Shown here: positions 11,701 to 26,400 of the stretch, piece by piece
Layout: the number at the start of each line of letters is the position of its first letter
How positions within the stretch are numbered: the stretch's first letter is position 1
Assembly: GCA_973895155.1 (NCBI GenBank)
Contig: OZ316891.1
Span: 18,560,948-18,624,947 of the forward strand
DNA length: 64,000 nt
Source: Marsupella aquatica
Taxonomy: Eukaryota > Plantae > Marchantiophyta
Direction: 5' to 3'
Position numbers and translations under genes: made by a program
The notes under the pieces: model-generated
What the model saw: only the letters and a program-made list of their open reading frames with translations
Told to the model about the DNA's origin: nothing
The model's database searches: none

Positions 11701-13400
11701 CTTGGAATTGAGACGGTATTGGCGTTGCCTCACTGGCCGTGCTACAGACATCAAGTCAATGCTATGCTCACCAAACTCAGGTGGCACTCCCTTCAAATCT
11801 TGGTGGCTCCATGCAAATACGTCTTGATACTCCTTTAACAACTCTTGAATAGTGCTTTGCTCCGTAGCATCCAGCTTGCTACCAATGTTGAGTGTCTTGC
11901 CTTCACCCACCTCCACCTTGGTGTACTGCTCCGGCCTGATCACGTCCAGCTTGTTACGTGTCTCCTCATCAAAAGTCTCCTCCAACCGTGCTAGTCGCAT
12001 TCCTCCGTACACTGGTGCATCACTATCCTGTTGGTCTGGCTGAGTTGGGGGTGGGTCTTTTGTCACATGGGCCATCATTTTTTCCACGTCAGATTCTTTG
12101 TAATGTGACAGTAGCTCCTCTCTTAATTCTTCATCCAAGAGGTCATTCAGCCACTCCTCCCTTCGTTCATCGTCAAACAGAATGGCTTGAGCTTCCTGCC
12201 CCTCCTCCTCCGTTTGTTCCTCCTCCATTTGTTCCTCCTCTTGAGTATCAACAAGTTGGGCCAGGGGTGGTGTAGGTGGCTCTTCCCTGGTTTTCCTCTA
12301 CACAACATAACTTTGGTCAAGTGGTACTTCCGTAATTTCCTCCTCAATGGTAGCAGCTTGTGGGCCAAAGACATCTTCCTCCGTCAGATGAGAAATCAAC
12401 TTCACCATGTATACTTCATCCTCGTCTTCATCCGAGGTGACCTCGGGATCATATTGCTCTTCCATAGAGGTAGTCTCCCCCTGAGGTGACTCCGCTGACC
12501 AGGGAATGATAATAGTGGGGGTACCAAACCGAAACTGCCGTTTGCCCCAATCGCTGGTTACTTTAGCCACATACAACCAAGGACGACCAATTAGTATGGG
12601 AAAACCGTATGGCCTGACTGGCCGCATTACCAAGTAATTGAGGGGAAAGGATCTCCCTCCAATCATTGTTGGAATCTTGGTGAGACAACCCAACGGGACC
12701 ACTCGTGCCCCATCTGCCAGCCTCATGGCACGTGCTGGTGGCTCCAACTCCGTATATCCCAACCGATTGGCTGTCTCCTCGGTCATGATGTTGACTCCTG
12801 AGCCGCCATCCACCGGTACAAACCGTATTGCACATCCGTTGATGTCCATCGTGACCTCTGGGGCACCCAAATCCTCCGTGACCCAATTGACTTGTATGGG
12901 GTCAGCCCCGACTCTTGGCAACCTTCTTCTACGCCGCCTCCCCATGAGCATCTCCTTGACTTGACGGCGGTAGAGGGAACTATCATGTAAGAGTTGACCA
13001 ATGGTAGCAGTGACCGGGCAATGTAGAATGTCTTGGCCAATATTGTACGCTGTTGCAGGAGGTATGGGTGGGATGACGTCCTCTCTTGGTTTCCACCGAA
13101 CAACCTTCTCCTCCGCTTTCTTTCTAGCCTTTGCCTCCTCCAGGTCTTTGTCAATGGCCGCTTGCATTTCTTGTGCTTCTAGCTCCTCTAGCTGCTTACG
13201 TACTTCCTCCCCCACCTTGGGGTAAAACAACTTGGGGTTATCCCGGTCAAAGTCGCTATCTTCCATGGGTGGCACCTCCGGTTTGTGTGAGGTGCCCGAT
13301 GTGGAAGCTTGATGCACCTCCTTGTACTTCTGCTTGAGTTCAGACTTATCCTTCTTTTTCCTAGACCGAGTGGAGACCCAGTAACAAGAGTAGTGTCTCC
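8774..13400 (-). pseudogene. gypsy pol: protease, RT (YxDD core deleted), RNase H, integrase
   Basis: VDGGSGVNIM (PR); WVSPIVIVPKK, LDGYSGYNQI and MPFGLCNAP (RT) joined directly to DFAKVA; VYVDVSG and YSPTDREAL (RH); H..GGH..C..C, WGVDFIGP, SDRGTNF, NGLTERAN and WMGPY (INT). Contains stops, frameshifts and a MITE. Confidence 0.93.
9521..10118. mobile_element. MITE, CCCTGGGCCC-terminus family, 598 bp
   Basis: TIR CCCTGGGCCCCCACTC / GAGTGGGGGCCCAGGG and 8-bp TSD TCCAAGGG. It splits the integrase FGPPL|ELVSD. Confidence 0.92.
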
Positions 13401-13872
13401 CCCGGTACCCCTGCCTCCTCAATAGAGGTCAAGGTACCCCCCGGCTTGGTACCCTTGGCACCCTCAGCTCCTGCTGCCCGATGTACCCCCAGCTCCTCCC
13501 TGCTCGTGGTACCCTCCTACTCGTGGTACCCTGCTGCTCGTGGTACCCCCTATTTGCCCTGCCTTGGCTCGCGGTACCCCCGGTACCCTCCTGTCTTCTG
13601 GCTCGCGGTACCCCCAGTACCCTCCTATCTTCTGGCTCGCGGTACCCCCGGTACCCCTGCCTTGTTCTCCCACAAGACCCAAGAGAGCAAAGGGTGAATT
13701 AAAAAATTAGTTCCTCCCGGGTTCAAATAGCTCCGGCCCCTCCAAAGCCACATGAACACCCACCGGGCTGAGTAACTTTTAAGAAAATAAAGAATTTAAA
13801 AAAAAAACTTGTATATCTTGGCTTATTTATTTACATGCATCATGCCAATAACACCAAACGGTGACTTTATGT
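13399..13872 (-). repeat. Remnant of the 5' LTR (U3 start)
   Basis: Near-identical to ~8290-8782 apart from minisatellite unit number. It lacks the terminal ~15 bp. Confidence 0.8.
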
Positions 13873-15555
13873 GATAAGACTGTAAACACCATTAATCATC
13901 TTGTAAGGCACCAGATCTGCAGGCAAAGGTTCCTGACCGGCATTTGAAATCATCAATTGAACAAGATGGTTGACATGGTCTTTGTTGAGTAACCGCTCAT
14001 TCATTTTTGCCGGCGGAGGATAGATATTCATCAAAGGAACGAGGAAAAATTTTGACAGCCCAAAAGAATACCAGCATTGGTTTTGCTGCAAAGTCTTTTC
14101 TGCCCTCTCAAGTCTGGCTCGATCAACGATTACTTTAGAACTCGAGTCAGCATTTATCTCTCCCATGTCATCGACGACATCCATCTCAATCATCTCCACT
14201 TTCTTACGTTGTTTCTTCGGGATTGGGACACCGGTTTCCGGTGCCTCTTCTGTTCCCTCAGTCTCTCTTTTGCAGCCCCTTCCACGCTTGGACTTCTTCG
14301 ATCTTGTCACCCCATGGTATGTGGATACGTCTTGCACTTGAGTATTGACCTTTTGAGATTTTGAAGGCACCTTCTGTTTCACGACAGCGGAAGGTGTTGC
14401 AGTGGAAGCCTTACGAGACAAATCCTTCTTAACGACACCTTTTGATACGGGTTTTGCTATCTCTTCCACAACTGCCTGCTTCTTTTGAGCCTTCTTCCTG
14501 ATAGCCTTCTTTTGTTCTGGCATTTCGGCCGCTTTATACTTCTTCTGTGGTTGTTTGGACTTTGTGATCTGTGGCCCTTTCACCTCAGTAGAGCTAGTGC
14601 GGATTTTTGCCTGAGGGACATTAGCTTTCCCAACCTTCTCTGGAAGAGCAATCTTTGAAGACAATCTCTTCTTCTTGGAAGGAGGAGCGTCTTCTTCCAT
14701 TCGCTTTCTTTTCTTTTTCTTTTGCACCTCCATCTCAGTCTCAGAGTCCTTTTCCTCTTCAGCGTCTGAGCCTCCCACTTTCGCAAGTTCTTCATCCACG
14801 GCTTGGATCTCATCTTCAAAGATCTCCTCTGTTCCAACCAATTCAGGACTCAAAGAGTCACTGGGAACAATGCTCGGTTCATCTGATGTACCCTGTGAAC
14901 TTGATGATCCTGAATCTAAACTCGACGATGATCCAGGTTCCTGTACAACTTTGCTTGCTTTGAGATTTGGGCCACCACCATGACGTCCATGCCTTTTCTG
15001 ATTCAAATTGAAGGCCTTCACTACAGGATGGATCGCAACCCAACGTTTAATCCTTTCCTCGTCAACTGGATCTGGGAAAGCAATTTCTGGAATGATCTCA
15101 ATCTCCTGCCGGAGTTCATCTTCCGGTAAAGATAGAGACATAACGTAAACAACATGCCTGGTTGTAGAAAGGTGAGATTGATAATCTTTGAAGAACAAAA
15201 AACTAACCCTTCCTAGCCCTGAAACAATATCCTCAACAGTGAGAACATTATCTGGATCCATGAAACGATGAGAGGATGGATGAAAAAATCCTAAGGACGT
15301 TATGTTGATTGTCGCATCATTTGGCTCAAGACAATGTGTGCAACAATATTGTTCAACGGGAAGATAGAACTCTCTATATCCATAATTAATGCGGTCCTCC
15401 ACCGTCACTGTCAGAAAGACCTTCCCCTTCTGGTGCTCTGGTGCTTTTGAAATCCTACAATCGGCAAGCACACCCAAGTACTTCCAAAACCTCTTGGGCT
15501 TGGCAATAACGATCCCCTGCAACCAACACCTCCAAGCGTCACCCTCCATACGCAT
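13867..15555 (-). pseudogene. N-terminal part of the outer-element ParB-like cargo protein, truncated by the gypsy insertion
   Basis: 562-aa ORF with an acidic/K-rich linker. It ends NERLLNKDHVNHLVQLM..PADLVP, a ParB-like N-terminal strand/helix comparable to QVRHIQPYFLTQLTLRM at 39.2 kb. The stop is created by the LTR junction. Confidence 0.55.
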
Positions 15556-17319
15556 TTCAAAAGACCATGAATTGACGATTGGATTTTGGTGGCTAACAAT
15601 GCTTTGACTTAGCGACTGCGGTAGGCACGGGTGGCTGAAACAAACATACGGGAATCCTAGGAAAGAACCAATACGGAAGATTTAGAACAGAGTCGAAGAT
15701 GTCAAAACAAATGTTGAGATTTTATTATTCACAAAAATGGACAATCCGTCCAGAAAACAACTCATTCAACCAAAATGGACTTTGCCCGCTCGACTACCAT
15801 CTTCTAAAGTTGGGGCACATATTCATTTGGGTGCCTCGATATCCAACTAAACAACTCGTCTAGTACTAAGTCTTGACAGATGAGTTCTAGGGAAATGTCT
15901 CCTAGGCTGCTTCCTTCTTCAGCCTCTTGATAGTCTAGAGGTGGCCTTCCTCCTGGGCCGTCATGATAATCAGCTTCTTTGTGAGCGTTTGTATCTGACT
16001 CTCACAAAGCTCATCAAGCTTGGCGGCCTCCTTCATCACTAGGCACAACTCCTGACATGTCTGAAGATGGTTCCGCTGAGCTCAAAAATATCTTCCAACA
16101 TAATCCTTTCTAATCAAACTAATCTCTTCATCTTTCTCCTTCACAGTTTCTTGCAGGGTCTCAAGTTCCTCGAGGACATCCTCAGTCATTTGGGACTCCT
16201 TCTCATGTTTATCTTTGATCAATTTCAAATGTTTCAAGGCATTGTCGATTTGGCCTTCAAGGTAACAAATGAGCCTCAGGTGAGTAACATGCTCTACACG
16301 AGAGTTGCGTGAAAGCAAATGGAAATGATATTTACTCCAACGCATTTTCATACGGAAGCATTGATGGGATGAGGATCGTCCAGGATCTACACGAGAGTCG
16401 CGTGAAGATAGAGATAAAAAACATCTAAAACTGATTCGGAGAAAAAGACTGAGGGTTACCTTCAAGCATGATCTGTGCATTCACGGCATAGTACTGGAGC
16501 TCATCTACACGAGTCTCGTGTAGAAAACTTAGTAATTACTAGGTATCGCATACAACAAATAAATCTAATAGGATAATGTCTACACGAGACTCGTGTGGAA
16601 GGAACCGCTGAAATTTGAAATAAAAACAAACAACAAAAAGAAAAACTAAAGATCTACACGAGTGTCATGTGGAAATACCTTCAACTCTGGTGAAAGCTGC
16701 GACCGACATCTCCCGGACCTCTGATTCGGATAGATTTGCCATGAGACCTCTTTGCACGTGTGAAAAAATTCACAAAATATGGATGGAATTGAGCAGAACT
16801 CAGAGGGAGAGACGAATGAGCAAAAGGGCGGAGAATGAGCGAGAGGGCAAAGATGAAGGAATGAGTGAATGAGCAAATCTCCTTAAAATATATACCTAAC
16901 ACGAGGAATGGGCGAGCGTGAAAATGGGCCGGCGTGAAGCGTGAAGACATCATTAAGAGCGCCGCCAAAAATATCGACGAATCTTACTAGACGACAATCG
17001 TGCAGAGCTATCAGCCTGTCACATTCAAGCAGATGTGCTTACTCTTTTGTCATTATCTGTTGTCATTATCTGACATGATTAATTGCGCCGCCAAAATATT
17101 GGAAAATCAGACCACACGACAATCTAGCAGAGCGGCCACCCTATCATTCTTTACCATTATATTCGGGATTTCTATCTGGGAATGGTATTTATCGATTAGT
17201 CGTCCTGATTCTCTAGTCATTCTCTCGCCAGACGTGAATGGTTCCGAGGACAGGTTTTGGCACGGGTTTGAGTCCAAGGACTGCTTCTGGGCACCCAATC
17301 GGTACGTCCCTTCTGGGAT

Positions 17320-17395
17320 TTCATTCCTGTGACTGTCTCATTCCTGTGATTGTCTCATTCCTGTGACTGTCTGCCCGGTCAGTGTCTCATTCCTA
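17320..17395. repeat. Short tandem repeat TCATTCCTGTGACTGTC, about 3-4 units
   Basis: Directly visible 17-bp units. Confidence 0.8.
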
Positions 17396-20300
17396 TCACT
17401 CTTGGAGAATGTTTTTTAGGACAATTATTTGTACCTCATTTCTTTCAAAAGTTCTACTAAATAGGGGTACTGTAATAGGATATTTAGGATTTCAAAGAGG
17501 AATTAGACCTCATTTCTTCCATAACTGCCCTAATTTTAGAATTAGACTTCATTTTTTCTTAATTGAAGACGATTGAGGGTCCTGACATGGGTTATGTCTT
17601 GGTCTTGAGGAATTGGACTTCAATTGTAACACAATTTATCAGTTGGGTGGTTCCTTAATGTGATATTACATGGATTGGGGATTTGTACCCTATTGGAATT
17701 TGTACCCTAATGGAATTTGTACACTAGTGGACCTTTTACCCTGTTGGAATTTGTACCTTGTTGGACTTTTCTTCTCTCTTAGAGTGAAGCATCGAATAAT
17801 AGTGGGTCCTTTCCTTCTTCTTGTGGGACTTTTTGTCATAAATGCATATGATTGTGATAATTCCGTTATGTTTGGGAGATGTTTAGACGTAAGCTGATGC
17901 TCTACACGAGGCTCGCATAGCCATCGAACCTCCTTGTGTTTCCTTCCACTACCTGTATGCGTTAATAATTCTACACGAGCCTCGTGTTGAGGGATACTAC
18001 CGTGCATGTTTTATTCTGGTTAACCAGGTCTTTTCCTGCCGGTGAATAATTCCCATCACAACTACATTTTCACATTTCGGGACCAGGTGTAACCTAACCC
18101 AAGAAGACTTTCGTTCCATTAAAGTCGGACTATATGTCGTTAATCTCCGGACTGTTGTCGGATGTCGTCCGGAGATTCGACGGGATCAGATAACGTCGAT
18201 TGTCATGACGTTAAGTTTACGTCCTTTAAGACACGGTAAGTTACCTCGTATCATACGTTGTACCTCTCATTACGTCTTCCTAGACGAGGTAACTTACCTG
18301 TTTCCTAAAGACGTAAATTAGAACGATGTATAGGACAACGTCCATAATTTTAGGCATTTGGAATGACGTATCTGCAGATACGTCGTCATAGAATACCATA
18401 CGTACATTGGGGAAAACGGCGTTAATTCCACATATCAGCGTTGGACAAACTCAACTATAGGTGAGAGGCTCATTATAGCCAGCATTCCCGAGTGAAGACA
18501 TCAAAGTGTAGAGAAGTTGAACCGTGGGAGGCAAAGTGTTCAGCTATGGTGCGGAAGTTCTTTGCAAATGTGCATTGTTGTTTCCTCCCACTTGGTGAGG
18601 AGGAGAAGATGGTTTGAGGGTTCTTTTGCCGTGGAGGGCTTGTTGACAAGCTATGTACCTCACAGGCTTGTTGACAAGCTATGTACCTCACAGACCGATT
18701 TCTTGATTGCAAATACGTGGAAATAGGTTGTGGAGCACTTCAGTGACTATGCTGGCTTGATCGAGCATTTCGCTGAAACCTTGCATTTCATCTCTACTCG
18801 GTGGGTAGAGTGCTCCATTCTTGTCAACAAGCAGCTGGACCCAGGAGAGTTCTTGTTGCATCCAAGCAGTGATCGTGGTTTGGAAGATTCGCCCGAGGAT
18901 GATGATGGTGAGGCCTACCCTCCCACCTTGTCTAAATGTGAGCTGTCACCCATTGAACTTCAGATTGCTATGTTTGATTACAAGGAAAGTTGTGCAGCCA
19001 AGGTGGAGGCTTAGAGGCTACAGGCCAGTGAAGCTGTTGTCCGGAAGAATTGGAATGCCAGCCAAAGGCGTGCTTCATACAACAAGAGGATTGAAAGTGG
19101 ATGAGGAGTACTACTGGTCTGGAGAAGGGACTCCTTAATCAACATCAGTTTGGAGGGAGGTTGTAGAGGGATGACCATGACTCATGTAAGCTACATTTGC
19201 AGTAGAAAGGATGGTAGAGCTATAGTGTATCTCTATTTGGTCTATGTGCAACAATAAACACATCCATGAATGTTATTTGTTGCAAAAATTGTGTGGTTTG
19301 AATGTTGTATCTTTTTCCTATGATTAACGTCAAAAATCATTTGTTACGTTGAATGAAACATCGTATGTAAATTGCTAACGTCGTTATACTCGTGGTAATA
19401 TAATTTTGTCTCTACATACATCGTTAAGTACGTCATTTTTACCTTGTTACAAAGTTTAGGGCGACGTTAAAGAGAGTTATAACGTTGGATAATGGTTCGG
19501 TACACGACGTTGAATCGTGTTACGTCAAGGAGGCATAGCTATAAACGACGTAAAAAATTGTGCATCGACGTAAAATTCCAAGGATGACATTAATGACAAG
19601 TATCCCTTGTAGCAGAAGGCCGAGGGATCATGTGCATAAATGTATGGTTGTTACTTGTTTCTTTACCAAGTTATTAACACAAGCCCATCCCACTCTCCAA
19701 ATACATAGATGCCTAGGCCATGAAATATGTGTGTTTATATGCGAGGAGTGACAATAGTCAATACAAATGGCGATAGTGAGTCTATCATGTCAATCCTCAT
19801 CGTCTGCAAGAGCTGATGGCATGAAGCCCTTCCTACGGCGTGGAAAGATGGGAATCACAATGGACCATCCTCCCATGGTCTGCATCGGAACCATAATGCA
19901 TTGATCCACTTGGCTAGGAAAAACTATAGTGTCACTACACTCAGTCCCGCTTGGTGCAACACGGGTCGTGTCCACACGATAAAATCCACACTCATCCTTC
20001 ACCATGGTAGCTCTTGCTGGAGGTGACATGATGGACTTGTGCCACCTCACCTCTAACACTGTGGTGGTAAACGAGCCAAAATTAACATCCAAAATATCCA
20101 AGACTATGCCACAATAAGGAACCTCAACATCACCTACATCGGTCACCATTTATACTCCAGAGTTACAAGTACTCTTCTTCATATGGTCCGTCCTCCAAGT
20201 CCGAAAGTGGTGCCCTGACTCATACATGTGAGTATGAGTCATAGCCCACATCGAAGGCCCCCTAATGATGTTTTGTACATCAATGGGAATGAATGTAGGG

Positions 20301-21462
20301 CCATGCACTGCCAGGAGCCCCTCCATGCACTCCAAGGCCCATATGCGAAATGATGCATGAACACGCTCTCGTGCTGCCCCTATCCGCTACTGCTCCACCC
20401 ATGCCCTGCAAGTACTGGGTCACATATACATTAGTGACCACCCTAAACCCTAAACCTTGAATGTACATTTCAAATCTAAGTAGGACTCAACATGAAGGAT
20501 TACGTCCCTACCTATACAACTCTCTCCAATCTGACATCTCCGTGCGGTTCTCCAACACATAATTGTGGATCTGTCGGCAAAAAATGTCATCATGTAATGA
20601 TCTCTTCTTTGACGCGCCCATCACTCGCAACCCACCGTTGTCATCATCTTGTGCCTCTTCCCAAGCTGTGGGAGCCTATGTGTCCAAACTTCTTATCACC
20701 CCGCTTGAGTAGAACAGGCACTCCGACATGATATACCCTGTTGCCATACTTCCCTCTGGTCGAGCGGGTTGGTTCACCCAAGACTTTAGCACTTTCATGA
20801 ACCGCTCTACCCAATACATCCACCGCGCATGCACTGGACCAGCAATGGCTACCTCGTCCACCAAATGACATAGCAAATGCAACTGCACGTCAAAAATACA
20901 TGGGGGAAACACCTTCTCCATATTGCACATAACACGGGCAGACCGTTCCCTCATCTCGGGAATCTCACTCTCCTTTATTTCCTTTGCGCATACCCACCTG
21001 TATGGGGTACTCAAAATTTTGTCAAATTATTAGTATGATAAACATATGCAATGATCATAGCATAAATATATGCCAACAAGACTATGCTCACCTGAAAATG
21101 GAGCACAACTCATACACTGTATGTCAGAGTAGGCGTCGCTCTCTAGAATCATCGCAACAACGCAAGACAACAGGTAACACATGCTGAATCAACTTGTGAT
21201 AATCATGAGACTTCAAGCCTATTGGGGGTATGTGGTCATCCCTTGTAGTGCACCCACGGAAGCCGGCTCCGTAATGGCTAGGGAACTTCATTTCACATAT
21301 CATCCCATTCATCTCCTTCAATATCTGTCTTGGCAAAACCCAAGGAGCATGTGGCTTCTCCCCATCTCGAGTTATCCAACAACTCTTCACCACTCCAACC
21401 TGCTTTGCATCCTCTCGGACCCCACGAGTATCATTCATGCCATAAATGTGCTTCACCAGGTT

Positions 21463-22500
21463 CCCTGGGCCCTCACTCTTACTATATCAAGTGAACCCCC
21501 CTGAGAACAGATACCCCCCGTGTACCCCTTCTTAATATTTTTGTTCACAAAAAAAATCCCTTGTTAATTTAAAAATATTAACTTTTCCTATTAAATTTTA
21601 TCCTTTTGTAAATTATAATAGAGTTTTTCAAGGAATTGAAAACACCCTTGAATTTTTAGAATTACAAATATCATACTGAAATAGTTAAAACTTTATCTTT
21701 TCATAGGGGACTTGTATGTTATGCTCGATGTTCAAGGTACATATTATATATAGATAAACAAAATTAGGACGAGAGAAAATTATAGTTCTTCCTATAGTTT
21801 ACACATAGACCTGCAATTTTGTCTTAGTGTTCGCAAAAGTGCCTCTGAACTTCTAGTTTCATTAGTACTATATATATATGTATAATCCAAGAATAATACT
21901 TCAAAGTCTGAACCAACTATAACAAACATTGTTTGAGCGCTCGAGACCCCTCCCTCAATACACAAACACATCTGGCCTCATACATGGCTGTTTGATTCAA
22001 GGGAATTCAAAAGTAATCTTGTCCATCCATGTGGGATTGATCCATGGATCCCCATCAATCCCAGTTTCCCAACCAAGTTGGGTCCAAAGATCCTGGCCCA
22101 AAATTTACTCAACTCCCCACTTAACTTCTAAACGTGCAGGTAAACATGTCTACCTTAGTTAGCCCATTTGTTCCACTATAAGGGGACCAACGAAACCAAA
22201 CCTGCCTTAAGACGATAATAATTAAATATATGATTTACTATATGGACACGTGTGCAAATGAAGTGATGACATGTGTGTCAACCATATAGTGACGCGTGTA
22301 CTTGGCATTTTGGGTACCCTTGCATAAGATTTATGTGACATGTATTTGATTCTTGCCTTATTACTAGTATTGTGGTGAATGTATATAGAGGGATGTTGCC
22401 TACTTTAAAAACTGTTATAAAAATTAGTTTGCATTACATTAAAAATACCCTTGCGTTGTTCGCACGTCCTCCTTGTATTAGTAACACTAAGGGCCCAGGG
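21463..22500. mobile_element. Non-autonomous TIR element, CCCTGGGCCC family, 1038 bp
   Basis: TIR CCCTGGGCCCT / AGGGCCCAGGG and 8-bp TSD ACCAGGTT. An inverted homolog lies at 62367-63416. Confidence 0.92.
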
Positions 22501-23441
22501 ACCAGGTTCTTGGCAACATTTACTTCAATATGCATGGGGTCCAACAACCATCGTATCTGGAGGATCTGCAAAATGAGTGGAGAATCAGGTTTTGTTAGTA
22601 AGAAATTCATAAAGAGAATAAGTCTACAAGTCACTAACTTAAAAGAAGGTAAATTTATTTTACTTACCCTCCAATATGGCAAGTCCCACAAAGCTAAGCG
22701 CCTATTGACACCACAGTGCTTGGGTTGAAGTAACTTTGCCTCCACTTTCTCTGCCATCTGAATTTGGGCCTCAGCTGAGGGCCCATTGGGACATGGCCTA
22801 AACTCAGTCTCAGCCCAATGTGTGGTATTATGTTGCAAGATATCATCCATATATTGGTAATCGAACCCTACTGCCCTCATATGTGGTTTGGTGCAAGTGG
22901 TTAGAATATCTCCCATGCAACTCGGGACCACATGAAGAGCAAGCAGAATAACCAGCCACCTTCAACCCGGATATTGTGGCCATACCTGTGAATGAATGGA
23001 AAAAAATTGTCAGGCCATAAACATTGGCCCATGCAATAGGACCCTGCACAATGCATGTCAAAAATTTTCAGTGACTGAGCATTACCTGGACCATCAGTGG
23101 TGCAGTGGGTGATCATCGCCCTCATCTGAAATGTCCTCCCATTATCCGGTGCACGAGTGACATCTATGGTCACTGCCCCAAACTCCCATAGCTTTTGCAA
23201 TTCTTCATAAGCTGGAGCCAAACAAATATCCGGATTCTTACAGGCTTGAGGACCAGGAATGATAGCGAGGAGAAGAACATGACCTTTCTTCATCGCCAAC
23301 CATGGAGGGATATTCTGATTTATCAAGAGAACTGGTCATATGGACTTAGGCTTGCGTCGTTGCTTGTATGGGTTTACCCCATCTATTGCCAACCCCAATC
23401 GAACATTCCGCGGCTCTAGAGAAAAATCAGGCCAAGTGGTG

Positions 23442-26400
23442 TGTGGTGCTTCCCATAGCTCCCCAAACCCAAGAAACCCCCCCGCACAAGCCGATTCCCG
23501 CAGGTTTCGTCCTCGGCGAGGCCGTTTCCGTGGCTTAGCGGCATGGGACGCTGCTAATCTTCTCTACTACTATTAACATTTTACACACATATACTGGACA
23601 GATCCTTCATCGGGTCATGAGATACGTAGCCGGCCTATTCTAGGCCTTCCCTTGTATTCCTCTCCTGGTCTTCCATTAGGTATGTTTGGATTCCGCCGCT
23701 GGAATATATGATCCCCAATTGGCTTGGTTAAGTCGCTAAGACCTCTCTCAGCTCGACACATCCAACTCTCACTCCCTTGCTACTTCCCTTCATTGATGTG
23801 GGCACTCTTCACACAAGTTAATGCGACACACAAATAGCAAAATAACTCCTGACTGAGTTATACCATGCACTTGCCATACAAACAGTATATCTCATACACA
23901 AGCTCTGCGAACTAAACCGTGAGGCCAACTCTATTCAGTTCTTAGGCATGAGGAAACATGAATATACACAAGGGTCATTGTATAACTAACCGAGAGCTTC
24001 TCTTACTACTTGATCCTAGCCCTGCTGGTGCAACTAAAAACTTGCTAAAGAAGAGGCCCTGAACTCCCCACAGCCCAGGTACTTATCCTGGTTGTGGATC
24101 CGCCTGATTCCTTGCAGCGTAAGCCTAATCTACTTATCTGTAATCTACCTAACTGTAATCTACCTATGTACAGCGAGGCAGGAGCACAAGTGTTGCCCTT
24201 ACTTGTGGATCCGCAATCCCACTAATCTAAGTGTCAGGGCCGTCGCCTGGTCCTGATCCTTAGTCTAAACTTGGAGATCAGTGCCCGCCCTGCCCACTCA
24301 CGCCTCCTACCTCCACGTCCGCCCTCCCTAAAAGGGACGGGCGCCCTTGCACCGTCACGACACCGGTGGCGGATCCTCAATGGACGCCCCCAACGCTTCC
24401 CCTGTAGCCACTACCGTCGGTCCGTCCTCTAACAGATTACCTGCCCCGGACCAAGTCAACTCTTCATCGGCTTGACTGGGTCCACCCTCGGCTTCGGCCT
24501 CAGCATCGGCCACAACCTCCCTGGCATGTTCTAGTGGAGGATCTGGTACCTCGGCTTCACTACTGGTTGTCCCGGCCTCGGCCTTGCCATCCCCACTTCC
24601 TAGGACTGGTGGATCCACCGCCGTGTCGATGCTGGAGGTTGGTGCCGGGTTTATCTTCTTGGTCAAATGGCTGGAGAAGCCGTATAACTCCCAGACCCAG
24701 AAGGTTTCTGCTTCTTCTTCTTCCCTATTTCGACAGCTGGTCCCTTCCCCTTGCTACCTACCTCCGGCACCGGGGCGTGTGTCTCTGCTTGTCTTTCGGC
24801 CAGTACCCCTCCTGGTAACGGAGTTCCCACAATTGGAGTTGGACCAGATGAAGCTAAGCACTTAAATACTGTGGCCTGTTTCTTCAGCCGCTCCGTTTGG
24901 TTGTCGGCCCGCCGCTGTAAGTTCTCCATCTTCCTGGTGGTTTCCTCCAACTCCTCTTGGGCTTCCTCCAGGTCCTTCCGTCCCTCCTACAGCTCCTTTC
25001 TGGCTTCTTCCAATTCCAATTTTAAGGTAGCCCTCTCCTCCAGGGTTGCTCTTAGCTCCTTGTCGAACTCTGCTACGACCTCAGACTCCATCTTATTCAT
25101 CTTGGCATAAGTCTGGTCGAGCTGGTCGTCCTTTTCACGCAGGTCGGCCTTGAAGTTGGCCGTCAGGGACGCAAGCTCCTACTACAATGCAATAATCCCT
25201 TGATAGGATTTCCCTAACTCGGCTTCCTTCTGCTCAAGGGCTCCGCGGATATCTTCGAGCTCTCCTTTCAATGCCCTCTCCCTTCTCTGAGTCTCCGCCA
25301 TGGCCCGGTTGTTGGCGGTTAAGTGGGCCTCCTCTGCGTCCCTCAACTCCTGCTTCCACTTTTCCCTATCCTTGACCGCGCTGGCCAACTCTCCTTGGGT
25401 CCGAGTCAGTTTATCCTCGATAATTTGATTGCCAGACTGAGCGGCATCCAATTGTCCTTGCATGATGTTTAGCTCATGCCGCTTAATCCGCAGCTCATCT
25501 TGGGCTTTCTTGGCCGCCTACAGGACTTCCACCTCACCTTCCTTCTCCCTAAGCCACCGGATGACCTCATCCTTTTTGCTTGTCTCCAAAGCCACCGCCT
25601 CTTCTAATCGGTGCTTCTCCAACCTCTCCCTCTAGAAGAAAGGTCCCTGCTCCAACTCCTCCCCAAAGATGCTAAGCGCCAGGTCCCCACACATCTCCCC
25701 GTACTCCATGGCTCTATCTTTAGCATAGGTGGAGTAAGTAGAAGTCATCGGCAACAATCACCTCGGCCTCTGTTCCCAATCCACCTTGCGGATTTCTTCT
25801 ACGGTGGCAAGAGGGTTGCTTCTTTTTTCGGCAAGCCGCCTGATGTCCTCCGGCCAATCTCCTCCTGGTAAATCTTTCTCCCTAGCCAGGGCTGCTTTCT
25901 CTTCCTCCCTAAGTCGCTCCTGAAACTCTTGTGCCGTCTGCTTTATGCCGTCAAAGCTCGGGGGAGCAACCTCTGGTGGGGGAGACTCGGGGCTACTCTG
26001 CTGGGTGGGGTCCCCTCAAACTACTCTTGGAAGTGTGGGGATAAATTGGCCACAGGTCCTTACTCCTGGAACATGATGATCCGACCCATAGCCGAAGTTA
26101 TCATTGCTGTAGTCCTCCACCGCCTCCTCCATTGCTTGGACTCCCGGCTTCCCCCTCTGTTCCCCTGGTCCTGCCGTGAAAACGGCCTCACAGACCACGG
26201 GCTCTTGTTCCTCCTCTAGGCACCAGGCTATCCTTTCCCTCTGCTCTCCGTGGGAAGGAGCCTTAGGCTGCTCTGCCTCCGATTTGGGGCTTGAGGCTCT
26301 CACATACATTCGCACTCCCGGCTTGTGTTCCGGCCTCCTTCTCTCCTTGGCTCCGGTAAAGGGGTTTTCCCTCCTGAGTCGGCTTAGGCCAACCTCTGGG

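Larger units (their letters stand above)
4338..13872 (-). mobile_element. Ty3/gypsy LTR retrotransposon (non-chromovirus, Athila/Tat-like), internally deleted
   Basis: PR-RT-RH-INT order on the - strand, a full 3' LTR at 4338-8797 and a 5' LTR remnant at 13399-13872. gag and PBS are missing and no TSD is retained. Confidence 0.85.

Noticed and set aside
8290-13872. Treating the ~480-bp direct repeats as the complete LTR pair
   Set aside because: They lack TG..CA ends. The PPT and inverted termini define a 4338-8797 LTR, of which the right-hand copy is a remnant.
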